A stretch of DNA of 64,000 nt from Hyalangium minutum (GCF_000737315.1 NZ_JMCB01000003.1:248001-312000); one strand, 5' to 3'; positions 16,916-27,098 are shown, numbered from the stretch's first letter. Notes: generated from the letters alone by a model not told the origin. Numbers and translations are program-made.

Positions 16916-18163
16916 TCAGAACAGCGCGTGCTCCGCGAGGAGCACCGCCAGCCCCACGATGAAGCTCAACAGCGTCACTGGCACGCCCACGCGCAGGTAG
17001 TCCAGGAAGGACATCTTCACCTTGTCGCGCGCGGCCTCGAAGACGATCAGGTTCGCCACGCTGCCAATCAACGTCAGGTTGCCCGCCAGCGTGGAGCACA
17101 GCGCCAGCACGTGCCAGCCCAGCTCCGGGTCCTGCAGCGTCGGAACCCACGTGCGCGCCAGCATCACGAACGGCACGTTGCTGAACAGGTTCGACGCCAC
17201 CAGCGTCAGCGCCGCGAACCCCAGCGTCTCCCGCCACGGTGGCCCCGCCATCAACGGCGCGAACAGCGCCCGCAGCTCCTCCGTCCAGCCGTACTTGTTC
17301 ACCCCGTACACCACGATGAACAGGCTGGCGAAGAACACCAGCAGCACGAAGTCCACTCGCTCCATGATGGCCCGAGGCTCTCGGCGCGCCATGGCCATCA
17401 CCACCGCCGCTCCCGTCAGCGCGCTCCAGCTCATGGAGAAGCCCGCGAAGAAGGCCACCACCACCGCCGCCATCACCGCCACCGTCAGCACCATCAGCGG
17501 TCGATCCACCGGAGGCGGCTGCGGCTGCGGCTCGAAGCGCTTCGTGGGCAGCTCCTTGCGGAACAGGTACAGCAGCATTGCGATGACAATCCCCGTGGAC
17601 AGGATCGCCGGCAGCGCCATGTACGCGGCGAAGCTCGCGTAGGACAGCTTCGAGGCCCCCTGAATCAGCATGTTCTGCGGGTTGCCCGTGAACGTGGCCA
17701 CCGAGCCGCTGTTGGAGCCCATGCACACCGCCAGCAGGTACGGCACGGGCGGCAGGCGCGCGTCCTCCACCACCACCAGCACCAGCGGCGTCAGCATCAG
17801 GCACACGGTGTCATTCACCAGGAACGCGGACAGGAGCGCGCTGATCCCCGTCACCGCCGCCAGCAGCAGCCGGGGCGTGTGCGCCAGCCGCACCGTGTGG
17901 GCCCCCGCCGTCCGGAAGAACGCCGCCTGCGCCAGGTACGCCGCCAGCAGCATCATCCCCAGCAGCAGGACGATCGTGTCCAGATCCACCGCGTGCCGCG
18001 AGACGTCCTCGCTGTGGTTGAAGACCTCGGCGGGGGTGACGACGCCCAGGACCACCATGAGCACGGCACCCAGCAGGGCGCCGCCCGGCCGATCCAGCTT
18101 CAGGAACGGGAGGCGCGCCCCGGCAATGAACACATACGTCAGCAAGAAGATGGCGAGGGCCAC
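16916..18163 (-). CDS. ArsB/NhaD (ion transporter superfamily) anion permease
   Basis: Highly hydrophobic 415 aa with SAFLVND, GSNSGSVATFTGNPQN and STLAGNLTLIGSVANLIV hairpin motifs. Confidence 0.85.
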   Translation of the reverse strand: MALAIFLLTYVFIAGARLPFLKLDRPGGALLGAVLMVVLGVVTPAEVFNHSEDVSRHAVDLDTIVLLLGMMLLAAYLAQAAFFRTAGAHTVRLAHTPRLLLAAVTGISALLSAFLVNDTVCLMLTPLVLVVVEDARLPPVPYLLAVCMGSNSGSVATFTGNPQNMLIQGASKLSYASFAAYMALPAILSTGIVIAMLLYLFRKELPTKRFEPQPQPPPVDRPLMVLTVAVMAAVVVAFFAGFSMSWSALTGAAVVMAMARREPRAIMERVDFVLLVFFASLFIVVYGVNKYGWTEELRALFAPLMAGPPWRETLGFAALTLVASNLFSNVPFVMLARTWVPTLQDPELGWHVLALCSTLAGNLTLIGSVANLIVFEAARDKVKMSFLDYLRVGVPVTLLSFIVGLAVLLAEHALF

Positions 18164-18231
18164 GAAGCGCGGACAGTACCCCAGGTGCTTCTGCTACGCT
18201 GCAATCCTCACGCATCGCCTCAAGGGACATC

Positions 18232-19308
18232 ATGACCGGCACCAGCCGGCCCGAAGAGGGGCCGGTGCAGCTCGACGGCAGCGAAGGGGAGGGGGGAGGG
18301 CAGATCCTCCGCTCGGCGCTCGCCCTGTCGCTCATCACCGGCCGCCCGTTCCACCTCACCCGCCTGCGTGAGCGCAGGGATCCCCCCGGCCTGCGCCCTC
18401 AGCACCTGGCCTGCGTGCGAGGCGCCGAGGCCCTCAGCTCCAGCACCAGCGTGGGCGCCGTCCTGGGCGGCTCAGAGCTGTCCTTCACCCCCGGCCCCGT
18501 GCGTCCCGGCGACTACGTACTGGAGGTGGGCACTGCAGGCAGCACCCCGTTGCTCTTCCAGTGCCTCTTCTTCCCATTGGCCCTGGCCGGAGGCGGGAGC
18601 CTCACCCTGCGCGGCGGCACGCACCTGCCGCACAGCCCCAGCTACCACTACCTCGCCAACGTCTGGCTGCCGGTGATGCACGCCTATGGGTTCCCGGCCG
18701 CGCTCCGGCTGACGCACGCCGGCTTCTACCCAGAGGGTGGCGGAGAGTTTCAAGGAGAGATCTCGGCTCCGGCCGAGCCGCCCCGGCTCGTGGATCTGCC
18801 CACGCGCGGCATGCTGCAGGACATCACCGTCAGCACCTTCGTGGGGGGCCTGCCGTTCACCATCGCCGATCGCCAGTCCCGTGCCGCCGAGGCCGCCTTG
18901 CGTGAGCGGGGGCTCTACAGCCTCGTGCAGAACCGGGCCTTGCCCGTGGCGGGCTCTGCCGGAACCGTCACTTTCATCCTGGCGCAGTTCGAGAACACCT
19001 TCGCGGGCTTCACCGCCATCGGTGAGCGCGGACGGCCCGCAGAGGAAGTGGGGCGCGAGGCCGCTGACGCCGTGGCCCGCTTCATGGAATCCGCCGGCGC
19101 CATCGACGAGCACCTGGGGGATCAGATCCTGCTCCCGGCGGCGCTGCTGGCCTCGGGGCGGCTGGGCCCGGCCTCACCGGGAACCACGCGCTTCACGGCC
19201 GCGAAGGTCACCGAGCACCTGACGACGCACGCACGGGTCCTCGAGCGCTTCCTGCCAGTCAAAGTGACGGTGGAGCCGGGCGGTACGGTGGAGGTCCGCC
19301 CGGCTTGA
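18232..19308 (+). CDS. rtcA: RNA 3'-terminal phosphate cyclase
   Basis: LDGSEGEGGGQILRSAL, GLRPQHL, GFYPEGGG and DEHLGDQILLP motifs, with the catalytic His in EHLTT. Confidence 0.93.
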   Translation: MTGTSRPEEGPVQLDGSEGEGGGQILRSALALSLITGRPFHLTRLRERRDPPGLRPQHLACVRGAEALSSSTSVGAVLGGSELSFTPGPVRPGDYVLEVGTAGSTPLLFQCLFFPLALAGGGSLTLRGGTHLPHSPSYHYLANVWLPVMHAYGFPAALRLTHAGFYPEGGGEFQGEISAPAEPPRLVDLPTRGMLQDITVSTFVGGLPFTIADRQSRAAEAALRERGLYSLVQNRALPVAGSAGTVTFILAQFENTFAGFTAIGERGRPAEEVGREAADAVARFMESAGAIDEHLGDQILLPAALLASGRLGPASPGTTRFTAAKVTEHLTTHARVLERFLPVKVTVEPGGTVEVRPA

Positions 19309-19356
19309 CACGGAAACGGTGTCTTGCAGCTTCAGGCCCGGGTAGCCGGGTGAGGC

Positions 19357-19704
19357 TCAGGACTCTTCTTCGCCCTCGGCCGCCGCAGCCGCCGAAGTAC
19401 CGAAGGAGTTCGAGTCCGCGATCTCCTTCGTCGTGTTGCGGTAGGCCCGGAGCGCGAACGGCGTGGCTGCCAGGAACACGAGCCCGGCCAGGCCGATGGC
19501 GGCCCAGGGCACCGGGGTCTCCTTGATCTGGATGTCCTTGCTATAGGCGTTCATGTTGCCCCCGAGCTGCTGAGCCTTGAGGGCGGACTTCTCCTCATCG
19601 GACATCTCGGAGGGGGGCTGGAACTCCTGCACGGGGCGGCCAGCCAGCACGGCGCTACCCGAGAGCAGGGCGGACAGGAGGACGAGTCGCGAGAGCGTAC
19701 GCAT
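19357..19704 (-). CDS. Hypothetical small exported/membrane protein
   Basis: Signal-like MRTLSRLVLLSALLSGSAVLA, a second hydrophobic segment and typical codon bias. Confidence 0.7.
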   Translation of the reverse strand: MRTLSRLVLLSALLSGSAVLAGRPVQEFQPPSEMSDEEKSALKAQQLGGNMNAYSKDIQIKETPVPWAAIGLAGLVFLAATPFALRAYRNTTKEIADSNSFGTSAAAAAEGEEES

Positions 19705-19821
19705 GGAATCCCATCCTATCACGGGTCGGGCCCTCCATCGCCAGAGGGGACCATCGCCGCCCGTACAGCTCCATGAAAGCAGGCTTGCGTCCGTCCCAGC
19801 CGTCCATTAGGCGCGGAGCGA

Positions 19822-21537
19822 ATGCGCCTGCTCTTCGTTGGCCTCGCGAACCTGCTGCTGGGGGTGTGGACCCTGCTTGGGCTGCCCTTCCGCCTGCTTG
19901 CCTCCCGGAACCGTCCCACCTACGTCCGCTTCCGGCTCTCCGGGGAGCTGCCCTACCGTCAGCCGCGCAAGGCCCGGCGGTTTTTCTCCGGCTCGAAGCC
20001 CGAGCCCGCCACCGTCACCTCCCTGGTGGCCTTCGGTGAGTCGCTCAAACTGCTGGCCCAGGATCCTCACGTGAAGGGCATCCTCCTGGAGATCGAGGGG
20101 CTGGAGCTCGGCTCGGCGAAGAAGGACGCGGTGGTGAAGCTGCTCACGGACTTCCGGGCGGCGGGCAAGCGGGTGGTGGGGTGGGCCGTGAGCGTGGACA
20201 ACCTGGGCTACCAGATCCTCTGCGCGGCGGACGAGGTGCTGCTGGCCCCCGCCGGGAGGCTCGAGCTGGTGGGCTATGCCGCGGAGGCCACGGCGATCGG
20301 AGAGGGGCTCGCGCGCGTGGGCATCCAGGCGCACTTCGTCCGCCGGGGTGACTACAAGACGGCCCCCGAGCTCTTCACCCATGCCCATGTCTCGGACATC
20401 CAGCGCCAGACCATCGAGGGCTTCCTGGACGAGCGCTATGCCGATCTCATCGACTCGATAGCCCGGGGGCGCAAGCGCACGCCCGAGGAGGTCCGAGCAA
20501 TCATCGACGTCGGCCCCTACAGCGCCCAGCGCGCGCTGGCGGCGGGACTGGTGGACGGGCTGTGCAGCGAGGCAGATCTCCCCGCCCGGCTGGACGAGCG
20601 CAGGCGCGAGGAGAAGGACTCGGACGATGCCGAGGAGCCGATCGAGCCAATGGCGTCCTGGCTGGGCGCGCGGCCGTTCCCTCCGATGAAGTGGCGGCCA
20701 GTGAAGCGGCGGCCGAAGCTCGGGCTGGTGGTGATCTCGGGGATCATCGCCCCGGGCAAGGGCTCCAGCGGCGAGCTGGGGCCGAAGATTGCGGGCTCCG
20801 AGGCGGTGGTGAAGGCCCTGCGTGCGGCCAGCCGGGACAAGCGGGCCAAGGCGGTGGTGCTCTACATCGACAGCCCGGGGGGCTCGGCGCTGGCCTCGGA
20901 GTTGATCCTCGAGGCCGTGCAGCGGGTGGCGCGCAAGAAGCCGGTGATCGCCTACGTGGATCAAGTCTGCGCCAGCGGCGGGTACATGGCGGCGCTCGGG
21001 GCCAAGGAGATCTGGTCGGCGCCGCACGCGATCGTCGGCTCCATTGGCGTCTTCGCTGGGAAGTTCGAGGCCTCGGGGCTCATGGATCGCCTGGGCATTC
21101 GCCGGACACTGATCTCCCGAGGCGAGAACGCCGGGATCTTCTCCACCTCGCGAGGCTTCACCCCGCACGAGCGCGCCGCGCTGGAGGCGGAGGTGGAGGA
21201 GACGTACCAGGCCTTCCTCGCCCACGTGGCCAAGGCCCGCGGGAAGACGAAGGAGGAGATCCACACTCGCGCCGAGGGCCGCGTGTACTCGGGCACGCGC
21301 GCGCTGGCAGCGGGGCTGGTGGACCGCGCGGGAAGCTTCGAGGAGGTGTGCCGCCATGCGCTCGACCTGGCGAAGGTACCTCCCGGCAAGTTCGACGTGG
21401 GGCTGTACGCCACGCCCGATAGAGGGCTCTCCCTGCTGCAGATCCTCCTGAGCCTGTCTGGCGCTCACCTCTATGCACTGTGCCCCTCCGCCTGGTCTCT
21501 CATGGGAGGGAAGGCAGGCAGGCGATTCGAGGGGTAG
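19822..21537 (+). CDS. sppA: Signal peptide peptidase SppA (protease IV)
   Basis: Tandem S49 domains: GDYKTAPE (Lys), IDSPGGS, ASGGY (Ser), VGSIGV, GRVYSG. Confidence 0.9.
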   Translation: MRLLFVGLANLLLGVWTLLGLPFRLLASRNRPTYVRFRLSGELPYRQPRKARRFFSGSKPEPATVTSLVAFGESLKLLAQDPHVKGILLEIEGLELGSAKKDAVVKLLTDFRAAGKRVVGWAVSVDNLGYQILCAADEVLLAPAGRLELVGYAAEATAIGEGLARVGIQAHFVRRGDYKTAPELFTHAHVSDIQRQTIEGFLDERYADLIDSIARGRKRTPEEVRAIIDVGPYSAQRALAAGLVDGLCSEADLPARLDERRREEKDSDDAEEPIEPMASWLGARPFPPMKWRPVKRRPKLGLVVISGIIAPGKGSSGELGPKIAGSEAVVKALRAASRDKRAKAVVLYIDSPGGSALASELILEAVQRVARKKPVIAYVDQVCASGGYMAALGAKEIWSAPHAIVGSIGVFAGKFEASGLMDRLGIRRTLISRGENAGIFSTSRGFTPHERAALEAEVEETYQAFLAHVAKARGKTKEEIHTRAEGRVYSGTRALAAGLVDRAGSFEEVCRHALDLAKVPPGKFDVGLYATPDRGLSLLQILLSLSGAHLYALCPSAWSLMGGKAGRRFEG

Positions 21538-21539
21538 GG

Positions 21540-21565
21540 GGGGCCCGCCCAGACATACGGGCCCC
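21540..21565 (+). terminator. GC-rich hairpin after sppA
   Basis: GGGGCCCG-N10-CGGGCCCC directly after the stop codon; no U tract. Confidence 0.4.
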
Positions 21566-21646
21566 TGATCGACGCGCTGCGCAAAAGGATACGTTCACTT
21601 TCAGGCAATTCCGCTATCCTCCCGGTAGGAGGGCCCCCGCCAGACC

Positions 21647-22807
21647 ATGAACGTCGTCTTCATCTCGCCGCACTTTCCCCCTCACTTCGTGCACTTCGTC
21701 AGCGCGCTTCGCGAGCGCGGCATCCACGTGTTGGGGATCGGGGACGCTCCGTATGACACCTTGCAGCAAGAGCTGCGCACCGTGTTGACGGAGTACTACT
21801 TCACGCCCCGGCTCAGTGACGCAGAGGCGATGTTGCGCGCGGTCGGCTACTTCACCTGGCGCTACGGCCGCATTCACCGCATCGACTCGCTCAACGAGAC
21901 GTGGCTGGAGGTCGAGGCCTACCTGCGTGAGGACTTTCACGTGCCAGGCCTGCTGCCCTCGGAGGTGCGCCAGCTGCGCTCGAAGCTGGGCATGCACGAT
22001 CTCTTCAAGGCAGCCGGTATTCCGCACCCGGACGCGATCGCCGCCCAGGACGCCGCCACCGTGAAGGCCTTTGGCCAGAAGGTGGGCTATCCGCTCGTGC
22101 TCAAGCCGGACGTGGGCGTGGGCGCCGCCGACACCTTCACCGTGAAGAGTGACGCGGACGTGGACGCGGCGTTCTCCAAGCCGCTGCAGGGCTACGCGGC
22201 GCAGAAGTTCGTGAAGGGCACCATCGTCACCTACGACGGCATGGTGGATGGGAACGGCAAGATCGTCTGCTCGTTCAGCCACGAGTACAGCACCGGCATC
22301 ATGGAGTCGGTGCTCGAGCAGCGCGACATCTCCATCTGGAGCCAGCGTGAGCTGCCGCCAGCGCTCGAGGAGATGGGCCGCAAGACGCTCGACGCGCTCG
22401 GGCTTCGAGAGCGCTGGTTCCACCTGGAGTTCTTCCGTCTGGAGGATGGGAGCTACGCCGCACTGGAGGCCAACCTGCGTCCGCCAGGGGCCTTCTTGAT
22501 GGACATGATGAACTACGCCTGCGACATCGACGTGTACCGGCTGTGGGCGCGGATGATCTCCGGCGAGACCGTGAGCGACTTTCAGTACAGCCGCAAGTAC
22601 CACGTGTGTCACACGTCCCGCCGGGCGGGACGTACGTACAAATATCCGCACGCGGAGGTGGTGTCCCGGCTGGGCGGCGCATTGATCGATCACCGCGAGC
22701 TGCCGGGGGTCTTCCACAGCGCGCTGGGCACCGAGATGTACCTGTCTCGGCACCAGGAGCTGGACGCCATGCGCGAGGCCGTCCAGTTCATCCAGGCGCG
22801 GCCCTGA
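21647..22807 (+). CDS. ATP-grasp domain protein of unknown substrate
   Basis: MNVVFISPHFP start; YPLVLKPDVGVGA, QKFVKG and FHLEFF...LEANLRPPG ATP-grasp motifs. Confidence 0.85.
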   Translation: MNVVFISPHFPPHFVHFVSALRERGIHVLGIGDAPYDTLQQELRTVLTEYYFTPRLSDAEAMLRAVGYFTWRYGRIHRIDSLNETWLEVEAYLREDFHVPGLLPSEVRQLRSKLGMHDLFKAAGIPHPDAIAAQDAATVKAFGQKVGYPLVLKPDVGVGAADTFTVKSDADVDAAFSKPLQGYAAQKFVKGTIVTYDGMVDGNGKIVCSFSHEYSTGIMESVLEQRDISIWSQRELPPALEEMGRKTLDALGLRERWFHLEFFRLEDGSYAALEANLRPPGAFLMDMMNYACDIDVYRLWARMISGETVSDFQYSRKYHVCHTSRRAGRTYKYPHAEVVSRLGGALIDHRELPGVFHSALGTEMYLSRHQELDAMREAVQFIQARP

Positions 22808-22831
22808 GCCGCGGGGCACGGTGCTGGCGGC

Positions 22832-23605
22832 TCAGCTCAGCAGCCAGCGCAGCGCCATGGGGAGGCGGCGCTGCCAGTCCAGCTCGTGGTGGTGGCCGTG
22901 GGGCTCCAACACGAGCGCCAGCTCGTGATCGGCGTACCCCAGGTTCTTGAGGTGGAAGTAGAAGTCCCGAGTGGCCTGTCCATAGAACATGGGCCAGCCC
23001 ACGGGATCGATGTTCTCGTCCGTGCCCGCGTCCAGGTAGATGCGCGTCCAGCGCCGGGTATGGGACGTCCAGTGCTCGAAGAGCCGGCCGTAGCTCCACA
23101 TCACGGAAGGCGACATGCCGCCGACGCGGCCGAACAGCTCCGGGTACCTCCACCCCAGGTAGAGCGAGATGAGGCCGCCCATGGACGAGCCCATGACGCC
23201 AGTCCACTCGGGGCTCTGGCGCGTGGGCCAGTGGTGGTCCACGAAGGGCTTGAGGGTGTCTACGAAGAAGCGGACGTAGGGCTCCCCGCGAGCGGAGATG
23301 CGGCTGCGGGGCTCGTCCCACGGGGAGTACTCGGAGAGGCGATGGGGGGTGGAGTCGACGGCGACGATGATCCACGGCTCGGAGTGGCGCTGGTGCACCA
23401 GGGAGTCGAGCACGTGGTTGGCGCACCAAGTGTCGTAGATGGCCGACTCGTGGTGGGCGAAGACGTTCTGCCCATCGTGCATGTAGAGCACGGGATAGCG
23501 GTGGCCCGCTGAGGGGTCATACCCCTCGGGAGTGCAGATGCGCAGAGTGCGCGAGAAGCCTTCCTGAGGGGAGTAGAAGTCGCGGATGATCTGGATGGAA
23601 CTCAT
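22832..23605 (-). CDS. Alpha/beta-hydrolase family putative esterase
   Basis: YPVLYMHDGQN, nucleophile elbow GSSMGG, IYLDAG and a C-terminal His (HHELDW). Start taken at MSSIQ. Confidence 0.88.
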   Translation of the reverse strand: MSSIQIIRDFYSPQEGFSRTLRICTPEGYDPSAGHRYPVLYMHDGQNVFAHHESAIYDTWCANHVLDSLVHQRHSEPWIIVAVDSTPHRLSEYSPWDEPRSRISARGEPYVRFFVDTLKPFVDHHWPTRQSPEWTGVMGSSMGGLISLYLGWRYPELFGRVGGMSPSVMWSYGRLFEHWTSHTRRWTRIYLDAGTDENIDPVGWPMFYGQATRDFYFHLKNLGYADHELALVLEPHGHHHELDWQRRLPMALRWLLS

Positions 23606-23673
23606 GAGGGGGAACCCGGCGGCCCGCACGATAGATGGGGGCTTTGCTCTATCCAATGGCTAAGCTTGCCCCC

Positions 23674-24735
23674 ATGTCCTGTGTGCACTGTGGCCAACCT
23701 CTGCCGGAGGCAGAGAGTCGCACCTGCCCCCACTGTGGGAAGCCCGTGGAGCGCTCGGAGGCTCGGCTGCCACCCGAGGTAGCGAAGGCGGCCGCCACCG
23801 CCGCGGACGCGGCCCGGCGCGCGGCGGGACATACGGGGCAGGCGGTGCAGTCCGTGCTGGAGGATCCGCGCCTGAGGGAGCGCCTCCCGGGGCGATCCTT
23901 GGCGCTGCTGGGAGCGGGGTTGGTGGCGCTGGCGGTGCTGTTGTCCGTGCTGCCGTTCTTTGGGGGGATTGGGGTGGGGTGGTCGCTGGTGATGCTCGCG
24001 GGGAGCCTGCTCATCGGAGCGCGCGAGCTTCATGCGGCGGGGCGCACGCTTCCGGACCCGGTGGTGCAGGCGGCGCGGTGGGCCGAGCACCCGCTGTTCC
24101 TCCCGGCCTTCACGGTGCTGACGTTCGTGCACGCGATCCTGACGCTGGGCTTCGGGATCGTGCCGTTGCTGTGGCTGCTGGCGGCGGTGGTGCTGGGCTA
24201 CGACCAGCGGCGGACGCTGGCTTCGTACGTAGCGGAGCAGGGCGCTCCGGCGCCCGCGGAGCGGAAGCTGGCTCGCTGGGTGCTGGGGGGCACGCTGCTG
24301 TGCGTGGTGGCGCTGTTCTTCTCGTGGGGATACGGAGGCGGTGGCTTTTTCTCGGGAGGCATCCAGCAGGTCCACGAGCGAGACATCATCATGGACGGCT
24401 TTGGCCGGGAGCATGTGGATCGGTTCTCGTACCGCTACAACCCGATGATGAACTGGGTACCCGCGTACGCGGCGTCGGGCCGGGGTCGTCCGCTGGTGTC
24501 CGGAGTGCTGCTCGGGCTGGGTGGGTTGGTGGTGCTGACGCGGGGGCGCCGGGTTCGGTCAGCAGTGCCACCGTGGGTGCTGCCCGTGCTCGCGGGCGTC
24601 GTCACGCTCTGGGGGCTTTCTGGGCTGGCCTCCGCTCTGGGACCGTGGCTCTTCCTGGCGGGGGCGATCCTGGTCGACATCGCCGTGGTGAGAGACTTTC
24701 AGCAGCAGCGCCCGCGCTCAGGTTCGGGGAGCTAG
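23674..24735 (+). CDS. Zinc-ribbon-containing multi-pass membrane protein
   Basis: N-terminal CxxC...CPxC (CVHC, CPHC) followed by several hydrophobic segments. Confidence 0.75.
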   Translation: MSCVHCGQPLPEAESRTCPHCGKPVERSEARLPPEVAKAAATAADAARRAAGHTGQAVQSVLEDPRLRERLPGRSLALLGAGLVALAVLLSVLPFFGGIGVGWSLVMLAGSLLIGARELHAAGRTLPDPVVQAARWAEHPLFLPAFTVLTFVHAILTLGFGIVPLLWLLAAVVLGYDQRRTLASYVAEQGAPAPAERKLARWVLGGTLLCVVALFFSWGYGGGGFFSGGIQQVHERDIIMDGFGREHVDRFSYRYNPMMNWVPAYAASGRGRPLVSGVLLGLGGLVVLTRGRRVRSAVPPWVLPVLAGVVTLWGLSGLASALGPWLFLAGAILVDIAVVRDFQQQRPRSGSGS

Positions 24736-24758
24736 GCTCCCCGGTCTTCCGGGGAGGC

Positions 24759-26255
24759 TCAGAGCACTTCGGAGAGACACGTGCTCTGCAGCGGCACGGA
24801 CCAGAGCTGCCCGGCCTGCGTGTCGTCGTAGGCGCCGAAGTAAACGCGCTCCCCGACGCGCATGAACGAGCGAGGGTAGGCGCTCTCCCCGCCAGGACCG
24901 ATGTCCCGCAGCCGCTGCGTGCCGGCGGCCGTCCCGTCACTCACCCAGGGCTCGATGCCAGTGGCCGGCTCGTAGGCGCTGAAGAAGACGAGCCCGCTGC
25001 CAAGAGCGTAGATCGGTGAGGAGTACTCATCCGAGAGGCTCAGCGGTCGCCGCAGGAGCTTCGTCCCGCCCTGTGTCCCATCTGTCACCCACAGCTGGGT
25101 GTCGCGGGGCGCCGGGCCCGTGCTGCCGATTCCGATGGAGAAGAAGATCTTCCCCTCCGTGCGAGAGACGTCCTGCAAGAATGGGATCGCGTCGGGCTGA
25201 CCCGCGTAGGGGTTGGGCACGGTCGCAATGTACTCGCGGCTCGAGGCGACGCCCGTGCGCAGCCGGTACACCCGCATCCACTGCAAATCCGTGTCTGAGA
25301 GCGTGAGGTACACGTACTCTCCGAGCGAGCCCAAGAGCCGGGCGGTGGGGTTGGGGCCGAAGGTGTACAGGCGCAGGGTGCCGCCCGATGTTCCGTCCGT
25401 CTGCCAGACCTCGGTGTTGTTCCCATCGAGCACGGTGAAGAAGGCCCTTCGGCCCTCGTTGCGCATGTCGAGCACGTTCACCTGTCCACTGTCGATGAGT
25501 TGGAGAAGGCCCGTGCCTGCCGCCGTACCATCCGTCTTCCACAACTCGGTGCCCCGGGTAGGGTGGGTGACGATGAAGAGTGCGGCGGTGTCCAGCCGGA
25601 TATTCTTCCAGCTCACGGACGAGCCCGCCCCCAGATCCACTAGGCGCTGAGTGCCTGCGGCGGTGCCATCGGACCGCCACAGCTCCGACCTTTCCGCCTG
25701 GGTGGCCGAGCCGGGAACGAGCCGGGCGAAGACGAGCGTGCTGCCCACGCGAGAGAGAGGTCTCAGGTTCGAACCTTCGGAGCCAGGAGTGATCTCCCTC
25801 ACGAGCCTCGTCCCGCCGGGCGTGCCGTCCGTCGCCCACAGCTCGCTGCCCGTGGCGGCCTCAGTGGCCAGGAAGAAGAGCGTGTCTTCTGCAGGGGTTA
25901 GCTCGCCCACCCGAGCGAAGGTCCAGGGAGGCAGGGCTGCGAAGCCCTTCACCTCGGTGGTGGTGGCGCCGGTGCCAGCGCTCTTCCACAGCGCCGTGCG
26001 GCCATCCTCGAAGTTCAGGGCGAAGTAGAGCTGGCCCCGAAACTCCACCAAGCTCTCCGGCATCGCCGCATACCGGGGAATGTTCTCGGAGGGTGGGAGA
26101 ACGGTCTTCACACGCTGGGCTTCACCGGCGGGAGCGCACGACCCGGCGGCTGTCTCGGCTGCCTGGCCCTCGTCCCACGCGCCCTCGTCTGGCAGCGCTC
26201 CACCACACCCGATCGCCAACCCACACATCACCAGTCCTGCACGCCACGCCTGCAT
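24759..26255 (-). CDS. ELWxxDGT-repeat (beta-propeller-type) lipoprotein
   Basis: Repeats ALWKSAGT, ELWATDGT, ELWRSDGT, ELWKTDGT, EVWQTDGT, QLWVTDGT, EPWVSDGT; lipobox LAIG-C. Confidence 0.88.
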   Translation of the reverse strand: MQAWRAGLVMCGLAIGCGGALPDEGAWDEGQAAETAAGSCAPAGEAQRVKTVLPPSENIPRYAAMPESLVEFRGQLYFALNFEDGRTALWKSAGTGATTTEVKGFAALPPWTFARVGELTPAEDTLFFLATEAATGSELWATDGTPGGTRLVREITPGSEGSNLRPLSRVGSTLVFARLVPGSATQAERSELWRSDGTAAGTQRLVDLGAGSSVSWKNIRLDTAALFIVTHPTRGTELWKTDGTAAGTGLLQLIDSGQVNVLDMRNEGRRAFFTVLDGNNTEVWQTDGTSGGTLRLYTFGPNPTARLLGSLGEYVYLTLSDTDLQWMRVYRLRTGVASSREYIATVPNPYAGQPDAIPFLQDVSRTEGKIFFSIGIGSTGPAPRDTQLWVTDGTQGGTKLLRRPLSLSDEYSSPIYALGSGLVFFSAYEPATGIEPWVSDGTAAGTQRLRDIGPGGESAYPRSFMRVGERVYFGAYDDTQAGQLWSVPLQSTCLSEVL

Positions 26256-26418
26256 GTCCGCTCTCTCCTCTTGGGGGTGGCGCCAAGGTTTGAAGCGAAC
26301 CGGAATATGTCCAGTGTCCGCGCCAAGACGGGTTAAACGCCTGACCCTGGCCCGAGCGAGCACTCCACCGTTCTTGCCTCCCTCCTGCCACACGCCCGGT
26401 GCTACGCTGCCGCACGCC

Positions 26419-27024
26419 ATGAAGCCCTCTTGCCGCCTGCTCCTGCTCCTGGCCCTCACCGCCGGTTGCGCCACGACGCCCCAGGGGCCCTCGGCCGCTG
26501 CGGAGTCCTATGCCAAGGCGCTCGAGGAGAACCGGCTCACGGACGCCTATGCCCTCACCACCGGGCTGGCCGAGGGTGAGAAGGGCTTCCAGGAGCGCTA
26601 TGCGGACGCCGCCGCGCGCCAGGAGCGGGCCGCCTCCGTGCGTGCCGTGGTGGGCCAGCTCGAGGCGCGGGCGCCGAACCTGATCGTCGAGCGCCGGGAG
26701 AACGCCTGGCGCGTGGTGGAGACGCGGCCGGCAGACGAGGCCAAGGCGGTGCTGACGCGCTTTCTCAACGCGGTGGATGCGCGGGACTGGGAGAAGGCCT
26801 GGAGCCTGCTGAGCGCGCCGCTGCGCTCCCGCTACACGCCAGACCGGTTCCGCGACGACTTCGAGCGCGAGCCCCTGGCCAGGGAGCGTGTGCGCAAGGC
26901 CCGGCTGGCACTCAAAGGCGCCATGAAGGTAACGAACGCGGAGGCCTCCATTGCCTTGGGGGCGGATCGGGCGGTGCGGCTGGTGATGGAGGACGGCGAG
27001 TACCGGGTGGCCGCCATCGAGTGA
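26419..27024 (+). CDS. Hypothetical lipoprotein
   Basis: MKPSCRLLLLLALTAG-C lipobox; GC3-biased frame. Confidence 0.75.
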   Translation: MKPSCRLLLLLALTAGCATTPQGPSAAAESYAKALEENRLTDAYALTTGLAEGEKGFQERYADAAARQERAASVRAVVGQLEARAPNLIVERRENAWRVVETRPADEAKAVLTRFLNAVDARDWEKAWSLLSAPLRSRYTPDRFRDDFEREPLARERVRKARLALKGAMKVTNAEASIALGADRAVRLVMEDGEYRVAAIE

Positions 27025-27098
27025 GCTTCATTAACGGGAGCGTGCAGGCGGGCGGAGGGACGGAGCGTGCAGGCGGGGCCGGGGCCCGTTAAACGTCG

